Source of the DNA: Eledone cirrhosa
Lineage: Eukaryota
Assembly: GCA_964016885.1 (NCBI GenBank)
Contig: OZ024747.1
Location: forward strand, 2,790,001-2,854,000
Reading direction: 5' to 3'
DNA: 64,000 bases
Shown: positions 1 to 12,727 of the stretch, in pieces
Layout of the letters: each line of letters opens with the position of its first letter
How positions within the stretch are numbered: position 1 is the stretch's first letter
Program-made: the position numbers and the translations under genes
Notes under the pieces: generated by a model
The model's database searches: none
What the model was told of the DNA's origin: nothing
What the model saw: only the letters and a program-made list of their open reading frames with translations

Positions 1-1345
1 GGCAGTAGTTCCCTGAACTTCTTCCATCCCATTCTTACCCTAGTTATTGTACTTTCTGAATACCCACCTCCACTGCTAATTCGGTCACCTAGGTAGCAGA
101 AGCTGTCTACTGTTTCTACAGAGCCCTCCCAGAGATTGGTGGTACTTGTTTCCTGTGACTGTTAGCTGCTTGCTGTCCCAGCACAGCTGCTGCATGTGAA
201 GCCTACATTCTTAATTAAGCTTCCTGAGATCCCGCTACATCTCTTGTGTACCCATTGTTTGCATTTGGGGCAGAGAATCGAGTCCCTACCTACACCTTTC
301 CTACATACTGAGCAAGGCCATTTCCCTTAGGGGATCTGGGTTCTGTTTTCTCGTATACTTACAAGGACCTTAGTCTTTGTCATGTTGACTTTGAGACCCT
401 TTCTTTCTAGTCCCTGCTTCCAAGTTTGGAATTTCTTCTCTAGTTCTACCATAGATTCAGCTATAAGTGCGAGGTCATCAGCATGCAGGAGTTCCCATGG
501 GCATCCTCTGTTATTAAACTCCTCCGTGATTAATGCATCCTCCGTGATTAAACTCCTCCGTTATTGCCTGCAGGACTATGATGAACAGGAGAGGGCTAAG
601 AACAGAGCCCTGGTGGACACCAACCTGTACACTAAATTCCTCGCTATACACATTGCTAATCCTAACTTTGCTGACTGCTCCCCTATACATGGCTTGTACA
701 GCTTTCACAAGCCATTCATCTACTCCTAGTTTTCTAAGAGCCCACCAGATTACAGCACGTGGAACTCTGTTGAAGGCTTTCTCGAGATCGACGAATGCCA
801 GGTAGAGTGGCTTACTTTTAGTTAGGTACTTTTCCTGTAACTGCCTCACAAGGAAGAGGGCATCAGTGGTGCCTCTTCCTGGTACAAACCCAAATTGCAT
901 CTCATCTAGTTTCACCCAGTCCCTAATCAACTGTGCTATAACTCTTTCTGTTACTTTCATGACCTGGTCCATCAGGTTTATACCTCTATAGTTTCCTCTA
1001 TCTAGTGCATCACCTTTTCCTTTGTAGCAGTTGATAATGATGCTACTGCACCAATCTTTTGGTATGACACCTTTTAGTATTACCTGGTTAACAATACGTG
1101 TGGTTATAGTGTGACCTACAGACCCAGATGCCTTCAGCATCTCAGCAGCTATACCCGATGGACCGGTTGCCTTCCCCATCTTCATATCTTTGATTGCCTT
1201 ACTTACTACACTGCTGCTGACTTGTACTGCTGGCCCCTCTATAGGGTCTACTTGGGGTAGGGTCTCTTCTTCCCATGCATTCTCCTCATTTAGTAATCTG
1301 TCATAATGGCTCTTCCATGCATCTTTCTTCTCAGCACATGATATA
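1..1345 (-). mobile_element. RTE-clade non-LTR retrotransposon reverse-transcriptase relic, 5'-truncated and disrupted
   Basis: ORF 514-1365 has KATGPSG, RGNYRGINL, QFGFVPGRGTTDA, FVDLEKAFNRV and GVHQGSVLSPLLF. It continues in another frame as CPWELLHADDL (YADD-like) near 470-503 and a Cys-rich PCSVC..CPKCKQWVHKRC..FTCSSC segment near 180-320. Confidence 0.93.
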
Positions 1346-1372
1346 TTGTATATATATATATACACAATAAAT

Positions 1373-1422
<50 letters not shown>

Positions 1423-1426
1423 ATAT

Positions 1427-1494
<68 letters not shown>

Positions 1495-1613
1495 ATATCA
1501 TGTGCTGAGAAGAAAGATGCATGGAAGAGCCATTATGATAGATTACTAAATGAGGAGAATGCATGGGAAGAAGAGACCCTACCCCAAGTAGACCCTATAG
1601 AGGGGCCAGCAGT
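1226..1613. repeat. Inverted duplication of the RTE 5' end around a (TA)n spacer
   Basis: 1226-1350 is the reverse complement of about 1490-1613 (actgctggcccct... versus ...aggggccagcagt), with a (TA)n-rich spacer between. Confidence 0.93.
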
Positions 1614-1885
1614 TGGGGTCATACTTTTACCTATTTCCCACTCTACTACCCTAAGTATTGAGTATCTCTCTCTCTCTCTCTCCATCCCTCCCACTATAAA
1701 CAATTTAATTCTCTTTAACTTACTACACTCTAAATCAACGACATGAAGTCTACGTATCAAAACTGATCAAGGAATCCTTCCACCTCTACCCCTCCCTCCA
1801 TCTCAGTTTGTCACTCTACTTCCTAACTCTTCTCCCCCTTCCTCTCTCTCTCTATACTATTCCGTTTGTCCCCCCACTTTCTAAT

Positions 1886-2115
1886 TCCTCTTCCTCTCTC
1901 TCTATACTAGTAAATACAATTCCAAAAAAATGTTTTTCTCTATATATTAAGAACTTTTTTTAACTTACTATTTTGAAAATTTGGACGTGAACAACAATTA
2001 TCATTGAGTGGCTGCTATTTGAGTATAGCAATATAAGGTTGCACTTACCAATGAAACGGTCGTAAATACCTGGATAAAATCCTTTTCTTAATGCTTACCT
2101 GTGTTTTCTCTTTTA

Positions 2116-2116
<1 letters not shown>
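1886..2116 (+). mobile_element. Short dispersed repeat ending in (TA)n, probably a Penelope-like terminal-repeat fragment
   Basis: Close reverse-complement copy at 51815-52050. Contains GAAACGGTCGTA and abuts (TA)n. Confidence 0.6.
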
Positions 2117-2187
<71 letters not shown>

Positions 2188-2276
2188 GTGTATATATATA
2201 TGTATGTATATATATATATATATATATACATATATATATGTATATATATATATATGTATGTATATATATATATTTG

Positions 2277-2371
<95 letters not shown>

Positions 2372-4004
2372 TTATGTGTGTGTGTGTGTGTATGATTCTA
2401 AATATCTATATCTATATATATATATACATATGCTTGTGTGGTTGTGTCTATATATGTATGTTTGCATACATGAATACACTAAGCTTAAGATTTAGTAGAA
2501 TGTACAACCACTGATTCCAGCTATTTGCACTATCATACTTTTTGGTTTCTAATAATTCCCTGGGGAATTGGTTGACCAAATACTTTGCTTAATAGTTTTA
2601 TTCATTTAAATAAAAAAATTCATTCTTTCTCTTAGATTTCAGGTATTTTTTGAAAGCAAAGCATTGGCCCCTAAAATACTACAGTGGGCTCTGCAATGCT
2701 ACTGTGGGCTCTTGCAATGCTACAGTGGACCCCCTGGAGCCCACTTACCATTGGCCAGCCTGGCCAGTCTGCCACTGTTTATATATATACGTAGTGCAGT
2801 AAGAACAATATCTATTTCAATAATTCCTTGATTACAACATTCGACATGAAGATGCTTGAATCCCTAAGATTTCATAATTTATGATCTGTCTGTTTGCCTT
2901 TCTGTCTTTCTGTCTGTCTATCATCTTCTTTTTCTTGCTCCAACCATCACTGTATCCAACCATCACTGTATTTCATTTTACTTACAGGTGTGTCGGTAGG
3001 TAGGTAGGTTGCTAGATAGATAGATTGATGAATAAACCAAAGCATGTTTATTTTATACATATATATATAGAGAGAGAGCATGTACACGTGAGAACGAGAG
3101 AGAGATGTTTAAGATTAATTGCTCAGTCATTGATCAGAAGCACTTTTAGGCTCATAATCCTTCATCAGATGTGTTTGATTTTACACTGATAAGAAAGTTT
3201 GTAGATTGATGGCTGGACACAGCTGTTTATATCTTTACTGTTCAGTGATACTAAGCATTTACTTCCATTTGTCTAATTCTTCCCTGTAGTTCAGCTGAGT
3301 ATACTGGAGCCAAGTGAAATGAAGTGTTTTGCTCAAGAACACAACACACACCCAGTCCAGGAATTGAACCGATGACATTATGATTTTAAATCCAACACAC
3401 TTACCACTGGGACATCTACCTCCAACTTGGTTCATATGTAGAGCATATATTTTATATTGAGGGAAATGAATGTATAATTCCTCATAGTCCAGTTTTAACT
3501 GAGACGAAACTGGTCAGTGACTGTAAGGAATTCTACTTAAGAGCTCTCATATATTCTTATCAAAAGAAATTACATTCAACCATTAGTGACTGTCTTTCTT
3601 TTTATAACGGGCTAAATTAGTTGGGGGTATATAACCCAACAAAACTTAAATACCTGTATATGTCACTGTTGTAATTAATTATATATATATTTGTGGTAAG
3701 GTTGCTTGGATGCGTCCATAGGCGGTATTGAGCACTCTATGCAAACAGTTCGCACCTCGAATTGTTCGCCATAGAAACATTTGTAATACGTAATAAATTT
3801 GTGTTCCGATGCATCACTGACTCTTCGTTTTCCATATTATACATAATATATACATATATATATATATAATCAGTTCCTGTATGAGCAAGGCATGGTCAGC
3901 TGACCAGACACTGCCCACAACACGACAACCCGTCTAACCCATGCTAGCATGGAAGAACGGACATAAAACGGTGATGATGATGATGATGATGATATATATA
4001 TATA

Positions 4005-4290
4005 TATATCATCATCATCATCAATAATTTTATGTCAGTTTTTCCAAGCCTGCACAGCATCTCTCCCCTCATAGCATTCGTTCGTCATCTCTTCTGTGAG
4101 TCTCAGTGATTTAAGATCAGCTCTAACCACCTCCACCCACATCTTCCTTTGTCTACCTCTATTGCAGCTTTATACCAGTGGGATTTCTTGGAAATTCTTC
4201 ACCCAACGATCATCATCCATGCACACAACATGCCTGTACCGATGCAGTTGTCTCTTTTGCATACCATTTCTGATTCCTCTTAAACCTAAT
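4005..4290 (-). mobile_element. RTE LINE 3' end relic with (GAT)n tail
   Basis: Minus strand reads RGRQRKMWVEVVRADLKSLRLTEEMT, followed by the shared tail and (GAT)n. Confidence 0.7.
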
Positions 4291-4364
4291 TTCATTCAAA
4301 CTCTACCTTTCTCTCACATTTGCTTAGCACACACATATATATATATATTTCCACACATATATAA

Positions 4365-4396
<32 letters not shown>

Positions 4397-4488
4397 GTAG
4401 AGGTTGTATTTAATTTGTTGGGATTCAACAAGCTTGTACATTTTTATAACTGATATAAAGCACTCAACAGTATAGTGGAATAAATATT

Positions 4489-5083
4489 CAATATATTAAT
4501 AAATGGAAACTATATTTATAAAACCATAATTATTTTATTATATATATTTCAAGGGTAACGAAGGCAGCGAACCTCAACCTGTTAAGGTTGTCTTTATGCG
4601 GGTATGTCAATATTTATTTATAAAGGAGGCACATGGCTTAGTGGTTAGAGCATTGGCCTTGCAATCGAAAGGTTGTGAGTTCAATTCTCAGACCGGGTGA
4701 TGTGTTGTTTCCTTGAGCAAGACACTTTATTTCACATTGCTCCAGTTTACTCAGCTGTAAAAATGAGATGATAGGGACTGGGGTCCCTATCATTCCACTG
4801 CAAAGTGGTCGTGGAGGTGCCACGGAAAAAAAAAGCACCCAGCACTCACTGTAAATGAGGTTGGTGTTAGGAAGGGCATCCAGCTGTAGAAATCAAGCCA
4901 GAATCAGTTTCCGTCCCACCCTTGCAAGCAGGGAAAAAGCGGACGGAAAATGAAATGATGATGAAAACAAATTTGTATTTTATCTGATGAAAGCGCACCA
5001 AAATTTGCCTTGGTTGCCCTTGAAATATATATAATAAAATATTTATGGTTTTATAAATATAGTTTCCATTTATTAATATATTG
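4489..5083. repeat. 78-bp inverted repeat (4489-4566 / 5006-5083) enclosing a SINE insertion
   Basis: caatatattaataaatggaaac...aaggca matches the reverse complement of tgccttgg...ttaatatattg with about 3 mismatches. Confidence 0.9.
4625..4962 (+). mobile_element. tRNA-derived SINE, family A (about 340 bp, RTE-like tail)
   Basis: A-box TGGCTTAGTGG, B-box GAGTTCAATTC, body CCTTGAGCAAGACACTTT, tail CCACCCTTGCAAGCAGGG..(GAT)n. Near-identical copies at 21336 and 63268. Confidence 0.9.
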
Positions 5084-5389
5084 TATATATATATATATAT
5101 ATATAGGGGAGGGGTTCATATTTATTAACATTCAGAATTAATTAAAGCAACTTAATAATAAAATGTAATGTATTTGATTTTTGTTTTCTTATATAAAATT
5201 TATAATTTGTTCCATTTAGCAAATCACTCCACAATGCTAAAGCCTGCCAATCCTCATTTTACTGTAGAGTGTTTGTTGATAGTTGAAGTTATTCACTTTT
5301 AAAACAAATATTTCTCAAATCATGCAAACAGAAAAAAAGAATTGTTAGTATTCCTGTATATATGTATGAGAAATAGATGTGTGTGAATA

Positions 5390-5589
5390 TGTATGTCGGC
5401 TGAAAAGTTCTTAAGTTGACCAAGACACTCTCATGGAATGACAAAATGAGGTTTATTTTTCAACATAGTCCCTGGACAGAAACAATGTAGTTATTAAGGA
5501 GAAGAGTTGAAATTAATGCATGCAAAATTTCACAGCTCTATCATCACTCCTTCATAGTCAGTCTATGAACTTTTCAGCTAACCCTCATA
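5390..5589. mobile_element. Mariner-type MITE (about 200 bp)
   Basis: TIRs ggctgaaaagttc..gac / gtcagtctatgaacttttcagctaaccctcata with TA ends. Copies at 14846 and 56281. Confidence 0.8.
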
Positions 5590-5819
5590 TGTTTGCTCAA
5601 TCTTGGCTGAGATGAGACTAAACAATGTGTTCATTTATGTTCTGCAAATGGAGGATTTACAGAATTGTTAAAACGTTGGATGTGATGCTTTGTAATGTCT
5701 GTTGTATCTTTGTTGATTCTGAATCCAAACCTCATATCCTGTCACTGGAACAGTGATGACAACTCTGCCAAATGTTACAACAGGCAGATAGTATCAGCAA
5801 TAGAAAAAAAACAATGAAA

Positions 5820-6190
5820 ACTTAGTTTTATTGGTTTGATCTGATAATTGGCTTTTTTCCTTACATTTCTGTTGAATAGTGAGCAATTCTGCATCAAATT
5901 AAGATATTTGTCTACCACGAAATATTGTTGGCACCTCTTGTGTAAGATTTGGCATGTTTTATGAAGGACCTTTATATTTTAATGTTATTGTCATCTATAA
6001 TATGCTTTGAAAAATCTGTCACATTCTTCTTACATATGTTCTTAATAATGGCTTTTAAATGGGCCTTCCATGACTTCTATATAATTTTGTTTTTCTTTAC
6101 CACTGCTTGTTGTGATACAATAGATAATGCATTTTCTTAAACATTCTCCATTAAGTGGTCAGCTATTGGAATCTTTCCACTTACACAATT
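5820..6190 (-). pseudogene. Degenerate Penelope-like (Naiad-type) GIY-YIG endonuclease relic
   Basis: Minus-strand translation with stops reads PLNGECLRKCIIY..NYIEVMEGPFKSHY..KHAKSYTRG. Homologous by eye to 7693-8328 and 57095-57495. Confidence 0.7.
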
Positions 6191-7202
6191 TTTGTTCTTT
6201 TTAAATATATTTCCATATATGGCATATAAATGCGACTAAACCCCACATGCACACACATCTATCTGTCTATCTATCTATCTATCTATCTATCAAACTATAT
6301 ATATATATATAAGTTAAAACAATGAAATAAAAAATCAAGTCATTAGATATATACTTTACGATCGTTTCTAGGTGAAGATAATACATTGTAGCTATACTCC
6401 GTTACTGATCTGTGTAAGGTTAGTTACAAAATATCAGATAAAGAGAATATTTACTTACCAGCTGTTTTCAAAAGAAATAATAATTTTATTCAGAATTAGT
6501 AGTATGTTAGTATCATGTCCTTATTTGGAGGTAGTTGAAGAACTAACCAATCAAATTGTTTTTTCATATGGTGTTAAGATGAAAACTAATACACTTTAGT
6601 TGAGGTCATGACCCTTTGAAAGGAATGGTTGAATGGTGTTAATAGTAAAATTGGTATAAAAATCTATTAGGAGCAAAGGGATTGTCAAACTGATAGTTGA
6701 ATGTATCTGGTATAGTGAAGTCTAAAAGGAATGTCAAAATAAATGGTGATTAGTGTTGTATTGAGTTTTTAGGTGAATATAAATTAAGGTTATGGCTAGG
6801 AAAGATAGTATATTAAAAGATGAAAATTATAATAAGATAATGAAATACAGTAATGCGATAATATACAACATAACCAACACAATATAGTACGGTGTGGTAA
6901 ATTGCACTTAGTATAATACAGTATATGATACGCTCTAAAATACCATCAAGTATGTTTATGTATAAATAATCAAACTCAGATAAATACATGTTGGCATAGT
7001 TAAAACACATAAATTTCATAGATTACAAAGTACATATATCCACACTATATATATAGAGAGGTACAGTTATATTGATATCCAAAGAAAAATATACATACGC
7101 ACAAATAGATGCAAACCTAAATACACATTTACACATGTGCACATAATCATATACACACATATCCATACATACCTATATCTACACATACACACCTATACCA
7201 AC

Positions 7203-7297
<95 letters not shown>

Positions 7298-7689
7298 CAC
7301 ACATATATATATATGTGTATGTACACTCCTCATACATGTACACACACTCATATATAAACACTCATACACATATACTCACATATACACACACATAAACACA
7401 CATATATATATATACACACATACACACACACATACATATACATATATATATATATACATATATACACATACATAAATATATATATACACACACATAAATA
7501 TATTTCCATATCATAGATAGATATATATTTACTCATGCAATTACGGGTGGTTGGTACCTTGTTGCCTTTAGTCATTAACACATAAACCTGAGGAAGCTAA
7601 AACATTAAAAGGTAAAAAATAATCATGAATGCATATAATTAGGGGAAAGAGGTACTAATAAATGTTACTCTATATAGAATTATAGTGAG

Positions 7690-8720
7690 TTGCTATTTAG
7701 AATATTTAATTAGGTTATAGTATTTAAATGTTCTTCGTATACGGTAATTACAAACTATGATCAGTTCCTGCCTTCTATTTAATAAATCGTCCTTAGATTT
7801 AGTAATTTCCAAGATCTCCCCTGAACATAATCTGCATTCCCTCCTGTTCCCAAGATATGGAGTTCTTTGTAGAATGGTGTTCCACGATAACTTGAAATCT
7901 ATTTTGTTGAAACTACTAGGGTGTGCGTAAAATCTTTTCTTAAATGTGTTTGATGTAGATCCTATATATGTTTTGTTGGAGTCTGTAGTAGACACAGTGC
8001 ATTTATATATTACATTATTAATCAAACATTTGCCATTTAAGGGGCAAATGCTTCTATTTCTGCAATTACAGCCATACGTAAGATGGTTGTTGGGGGTGCC
8101 TATACTATTCTCATTAATCCTTGAGCTATTTCTATTGTAATTAATGATAGCAGGAGAATGAAGGTTGCTTTGTGGGTGGTTTGGTGCTAGGGTTGTATTG
8201 TGATTTTGTGTTCTGTTGTTTTTATGTTGGTGATTTGGGTGGTTGTGTTTTCTAGGTTGAAGGATTGTATTATTTGTCTTTTTAAAAGGTGCAGTCCTAT
8301 TTAAATTATGTTGTGGTAGTGTAGTCATATTATTTTAAAGTTTATAAATGTTGTAGTTGCTTATTTTTTGCTGGAGATTGCTTGATGTAGAGTATGAGAA
8401 TTGAACAGTATATTTGTTAAATATTTGGTGGTACCTGTGGTTTGGTGGAAAATGTTTATGTAGAATTTTTGGGGGATTTGTCCAATAGTTTGCAGGTTGA
8501 AGGGTGCGTTGTACCATGTTATGTTTCTTTTGCAGTTTTTAGTTAAGTTCTTATTACCACTTATATTATTGTGTTGTGTTCTAGAAGAATTCCTATGGTT
8601 AGTATCCTTATTTGTGGAATTTAGTAAATTACCGTGGTTGTATTTGGTGTTATTATTGGGTAGATTATGAGATTTTGACTGGTTGGTATTCCTATGTGGG
8701 TTGATAACATTGGTCATAGA
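7690..8720 (-). mobile_element. Penelope-like retroelement C-terminal region with GIY-YIG endonuclease, frameshifted (Naiad-like)
   Basis: RNITWYNAPFN, HFPPNHRYHQIFNKYTVQFSYS, CNCRNRSICPLNGKCLINNVIYKC..KTYIGST..FKKRFYAH and CRLCSGE..LLNRRQELIIVC, spread over three frames. Confidence 0.88.
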
Positions 8721-9579
8721 TCTATGACCAATGATCTATGATCATATGAAAGAGTAAAGATGTGAAACACTGAGTTACAAAAATTAAAGGTTCAGCGTTA
8801 ATGAATGTATTTTATTAATCTTTTCTTCCAGTATAGAATAATATTTGTAAAACCTTAACATCTCATAAAAAATCTCATTACTCCACACACAACCTAAACA
8901 AATATGCCAGGCCTTAAGTTTAGAAATAAAAGCTAAAGATGAACCATTCTTTCCAGCAAACTTCGATGTGTCATTATAACAGTTGTTGCCTTTACATCTG
9001 AAAATGGATATGCTTTAAAAATAAAATAATAATACCCAAGACAGGGGAAAACAGTTTCTAAATAATTCATTCCAAACAATAATTATTTGGTAGAATAATA
9101 CAGAAGATATTTTATATTGAATAAAATCCAATGAAAACAAATTACTCATGTGGGGGATGATCATTGCTTTATAACATTTCCCACTAACTTTGATTTTAAT
9201 GGCTGGATAAGCATTTTATAATTAATTAGTTTGAAAACAGTCATTCGAATGAAGTGATAAACATCAATCAATCTCATGTCTATAATTCACCTGAATTCAT
9301 AATTTTAAAAATTTAACCTCTTAAATGGTAATATGAATTATTTTGAATAAAACTACCTCACTCTCTAAGAAAAAAGACATATATAATGAAGTAATATTGT
9401 GATAATATATTCCAATATCTAAATAGTTGTCCCTGTATGTATTTAAAGACAAACAAATATAAATAAATAGGAAAACTAATATTAAGAAAAAAGACAAAAC
9501 AAAGTATTTCACATTTAAACCGATATAAGTTGGTCCAATATGTCATGACTTATATATATGTTTATTATTATTATTATTA

Positions 9580-9770
9580 GCAGAAATGGTAGAGCATCAG
9601 ACATCATGCTTATAGCCCTTTACATTCTGAGTTCAAATCTGCCAAGGTTAGCTTTGCCTTTCATCCTTTGGAGGGCCAATAAAATAAGTACCAGTAATGC
9701 ACTGGAGTGTATTTAATTGACTTTCCGCTCCCCCAAAATTGCTGGCCTTGTGCCTAAATCAGAAACCATT
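9580..9770 (+). mobile_element. SINE family B (Nin-domain-like), diverged copy
   Basis: GAGTTCAAATC B-box, TTTGCCTTTCATCCTT..AATAAAATAAGTACCAG, and tail GCTGGCCTTGTGCC. Confidence 0.75.
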
Positions 9771-10630
9771 ATTATCATTTTGTTTCTTTTCTGGTTAAGG
9801 TTGACTTATACCTACTTTTCTATGCTAGGATAAATGGAACAGTTTTTGCCAATTTGGATATTTGCCTATTATTGGAGAAATTTTTTTAAAACAGATATTT
9901 CCCCTTCCTACTGCTAACCAAATGTTTATGGTATTGATGTTGGTGTGTAGCGGGGGATGGGGACATCATCACTTAAGCAGAGTGAAGAATGCAGAATAAT
10001 TTATGTTGCTTAGGGACATAGTGTCATGGCTATAACAAGCTTTGAACTCATAATTATTTAGTCAGTAGTCGACCACTTAGAAATTACAGCTGCTAAGACT
10101 CAGTTACTGCTGGCAATTATTAGTTATAAATTCAAGTTTGACGTGAATTGTCTGCAAAATGTCTTATTCAAATTGTTAAAAAAAGCTCTAAACTTTTTCC
10201 AACAAAGAAAACAAAAAAAAAGAAAATGCAAATCTTTAAGGAACTTTTTAGCAATTTTTTTCTAAATCATTATTATTCTACTTGTCATTTAAACATTAAA
10301 ATATTTAGTATTTCGTTTTCCTGGTGAGCAAAATGTAAAATAATGGTAAAATAACGGTAAAACGGTGTAGCAAAACACTATTCCTAGTCATATGAATAAA
10401 TTTAAGTTGAATAAATGTTGGTTGCTAGAGAACTAGGCTTTTGTGGTTTCTGTTTAGCCCTAGGTCTTCTCCAATAGAACAGATCTATTAAAAAATATTC
10501 TAACTATGCCATTCCATTTGTTATAGCACTGAGCATTTGCTATGGTTGTTGCTTAGTCTTAGGTTTTACCCAATTGAGCAAATTTATATCAAAAGCATTC
10601 AAGATGTAACTATTCAATATTATAGTAGAT

Positions 10631-10811
10631 TGGCAGTATTGGTAGAGGGTCGGACGCCATGCTTTGAAGCATTGAGTTACCTCCCTTTATGATCTGAGTT
10701 CAAATCCTGCCGAGGTTAACTTTGCCTTTCATCCTTACGGGGTCGATAAAATAAAGTACCAGTAATACACTGGATTAATTGCTGGCCTTGTGCCAAAAGT
10801 AGAAACAATTA
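10631..10811 (+). mobile_element. SINE family B (Nin-domain-like)
   Basis: B-box GAGTTCAAATCC and GCCTTTCATCCTTACGGGGTCGATAAAATAAAGTACCAG. Many copies in the window. Confidence 0.85.
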
Positions 10812-10850
10812 TATTATCTATTGCATCCTGTTTTTTTTAAAGATCATGAT

Positions 10851-11074
10851 TTAACCCCTTAGCATTTACATTACTCTATATTTACTATTGCATTTTCATG
10901 GTAAACACTTTATTTCACATAATTATCTCACATAATATCGAATCTACGAAATTTTGATATCTATTTTGAGGACAATACATTAACATAAATATGGGCAGCT
11001 GATTATGGCCGGTTTGAACAGAAAAAGTTGAGAGAATTCTGGACTGATACAGCTGCTTTAAATGCTAAAGGGTT
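10851..11074. mobile_element. piggyBac-type MITE
   Basis: TTAA-CCCCTTAGCATTTA left end and TAAATGCTAAAGGG right end. Homologous copies at 23791 and 28825. Confidence 0.75.
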
Positions 11075-11847
11075 CGAGATTTGGCTGTGTTCTCTGTAAA
11101 ACCTGTGTAAAGGCTCCCTTAAGTGGCTTGTGCTAAACTAGGTTGTCTGATAAAATGCTTAAACAAAATTATTATGATTTTATAGACCCTTTATATAGAA
11201 CAACCTAGAAATGCCACTGGGTTAGATGAACTAAACTAAAAGAAAAAAAGTTAAGTTAGAAATCAATTTGTCAACACATACACTCACACAAACAAACAAA
11301 GACCAATGCAAACACACAAAAACACATATCTGTCAACATATTTAAACTACATCATCATTCATCATTATTAATGGTTTTATGTCTATTTTTATCATGATAG
11401 TAGCACTTGGAGAGTTCTTCAAACTCTACCATCAGATTTATAATGACATCTGCCGTTGTATTTCACCAGTTCCCTTGTCAGGTGGTGTTTCTTAACTCAA
11501 GCACTAGTCTAAATCTTCCACTACCATCTGTGTGTGTGTCTGTGAGTGAGTGTTTGTGTATGAAAATGTGTATTTGTCTGTGTAAGTGTGTCTGCAAGTT
11601 TTTCAGTGAGTATGAAAGTGTATAATGTTTTAGCCTCCTCTTCACTATTTATTCCAATCATGGTAGCAGCAATCTTTCATCACAATATTTTTCTTAAATA
11701 AACATTTTTTTTCAAGATTTCTCTTCCCATAGGAGGGTAATCTGGAAACAGGTGAGTTTTTTGTTGGTTTCCTAATCACCCTAATCACCACATAGAGGAT
11801 GTGAAATATCTACTCTCTCTCTACAATTAATTATAAGTAATTATAAT

Positions 11848-12030
11848 AATTGTTTCTACTTTTGGCACAAGGCCAGCAATTACCCTAGTTTATTACTGGT
11901 ACTTTATTTTATCGACCCCGTAAGGATGAAAGGCAAAGTTGACCTCACCAGCATTTGAACTCAGAACATAAAGGGCCATAACTATGCAGTAAAGAATAGT
12001 GTGTGATGCTCTACTGATACTGCCAATCCA
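11848..12030 (-). mobile_element. SINE family B
   Basis: Reverse complement of the family B consensus (ctggtactttattttatcgaccccgtaaggatgaaaggc). Confidence 0.85.
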
Positions 12031-12375
12031 ACAAAGTATATATATTTTTATACTTTGGGAGGATCAGTCATGCTGCAAATAAAGATGTATATATAAATAT
12101 AAATACATATACATATATATATATGTAAAAGGTAAACAGAAATAACAACACAATCAGTACAGTATATGGAAGGGGTATATTAGGTTAACGCTTGATATAG
12201 CAGGAAGAGGGTCTTAACATTTCAGACGCTATGTGTGTATATATATACACACACATATATATATATATAATTGTTTCTACAATAGGCACAAGGCCAGCAA
12301 TTATTCCAGTGTATTACTGGTATATATAATAACTAACAAAAAGTTATCACTCTGCATGGCTGAATACAATATATG

Positions 12376-12553
12376 TAGTCTGAGTTATTCGAATATTAAT
12401 AATAATATTGGATTCGTTTGCAGTTATGCAAACAGCTTCTTTTAAGCCATGTCAGTAGAATGAGCTCCTCATTCTGACATTGCTTAAAAGAGGCTGTTTG
12501 CATAACTGCAAACGAATCCAATATTATTATTAATATTCGAATAACTCAGACTA
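12376..12553. repeat. Near-perfect long palindrome (arms about 86-89 bp, 3-nt loop)
   Basis: tagtctgagttattcg...agaatgag CTC ctcattct...cgaataactcagacta. The right end runs into (TA)n. Confidence 0.95.
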
Positions 12554-12685
12554 TATATATATATATTGTTATAGTTTGGGAGGGTCAGGCTGCCAATAAA
12601 ACACACACACACCTGTTGGTTTTCACTTCAATTTATTACAAATTTCTGGTTGGTTGGTCAATAACTGGATGGTTGTTTATTTATT

Positions 12686-12727
12686 ATCAAAGCTCTTTCG
12701 TCACACATATGTGACCTCCTCAGTTAC
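12686..12727 (-). ncRNA. Minimal type I hammerhead ribozyme motif with degraded stem I
   Basis: Minus strand GTAA CTGAGGA G GTCACA TATG TGTGAC GAAA GAGC TT TGAT. Lies in repeat 12565-12730, which is homologous to 18704-18903. Confidence 0.7.

Noticed and set aside
4625-4695. tRNA gene
   Set aside because: The A and B boxes belong to a SINE head and continue into SINE body and tail in three copies.
7585-7610. Hammerhead at the end of the Penelope-like relic
   Set aside because: CTGAGGA is present but on the strand opposite the ORF, and it lacks GAAA and paired stems.
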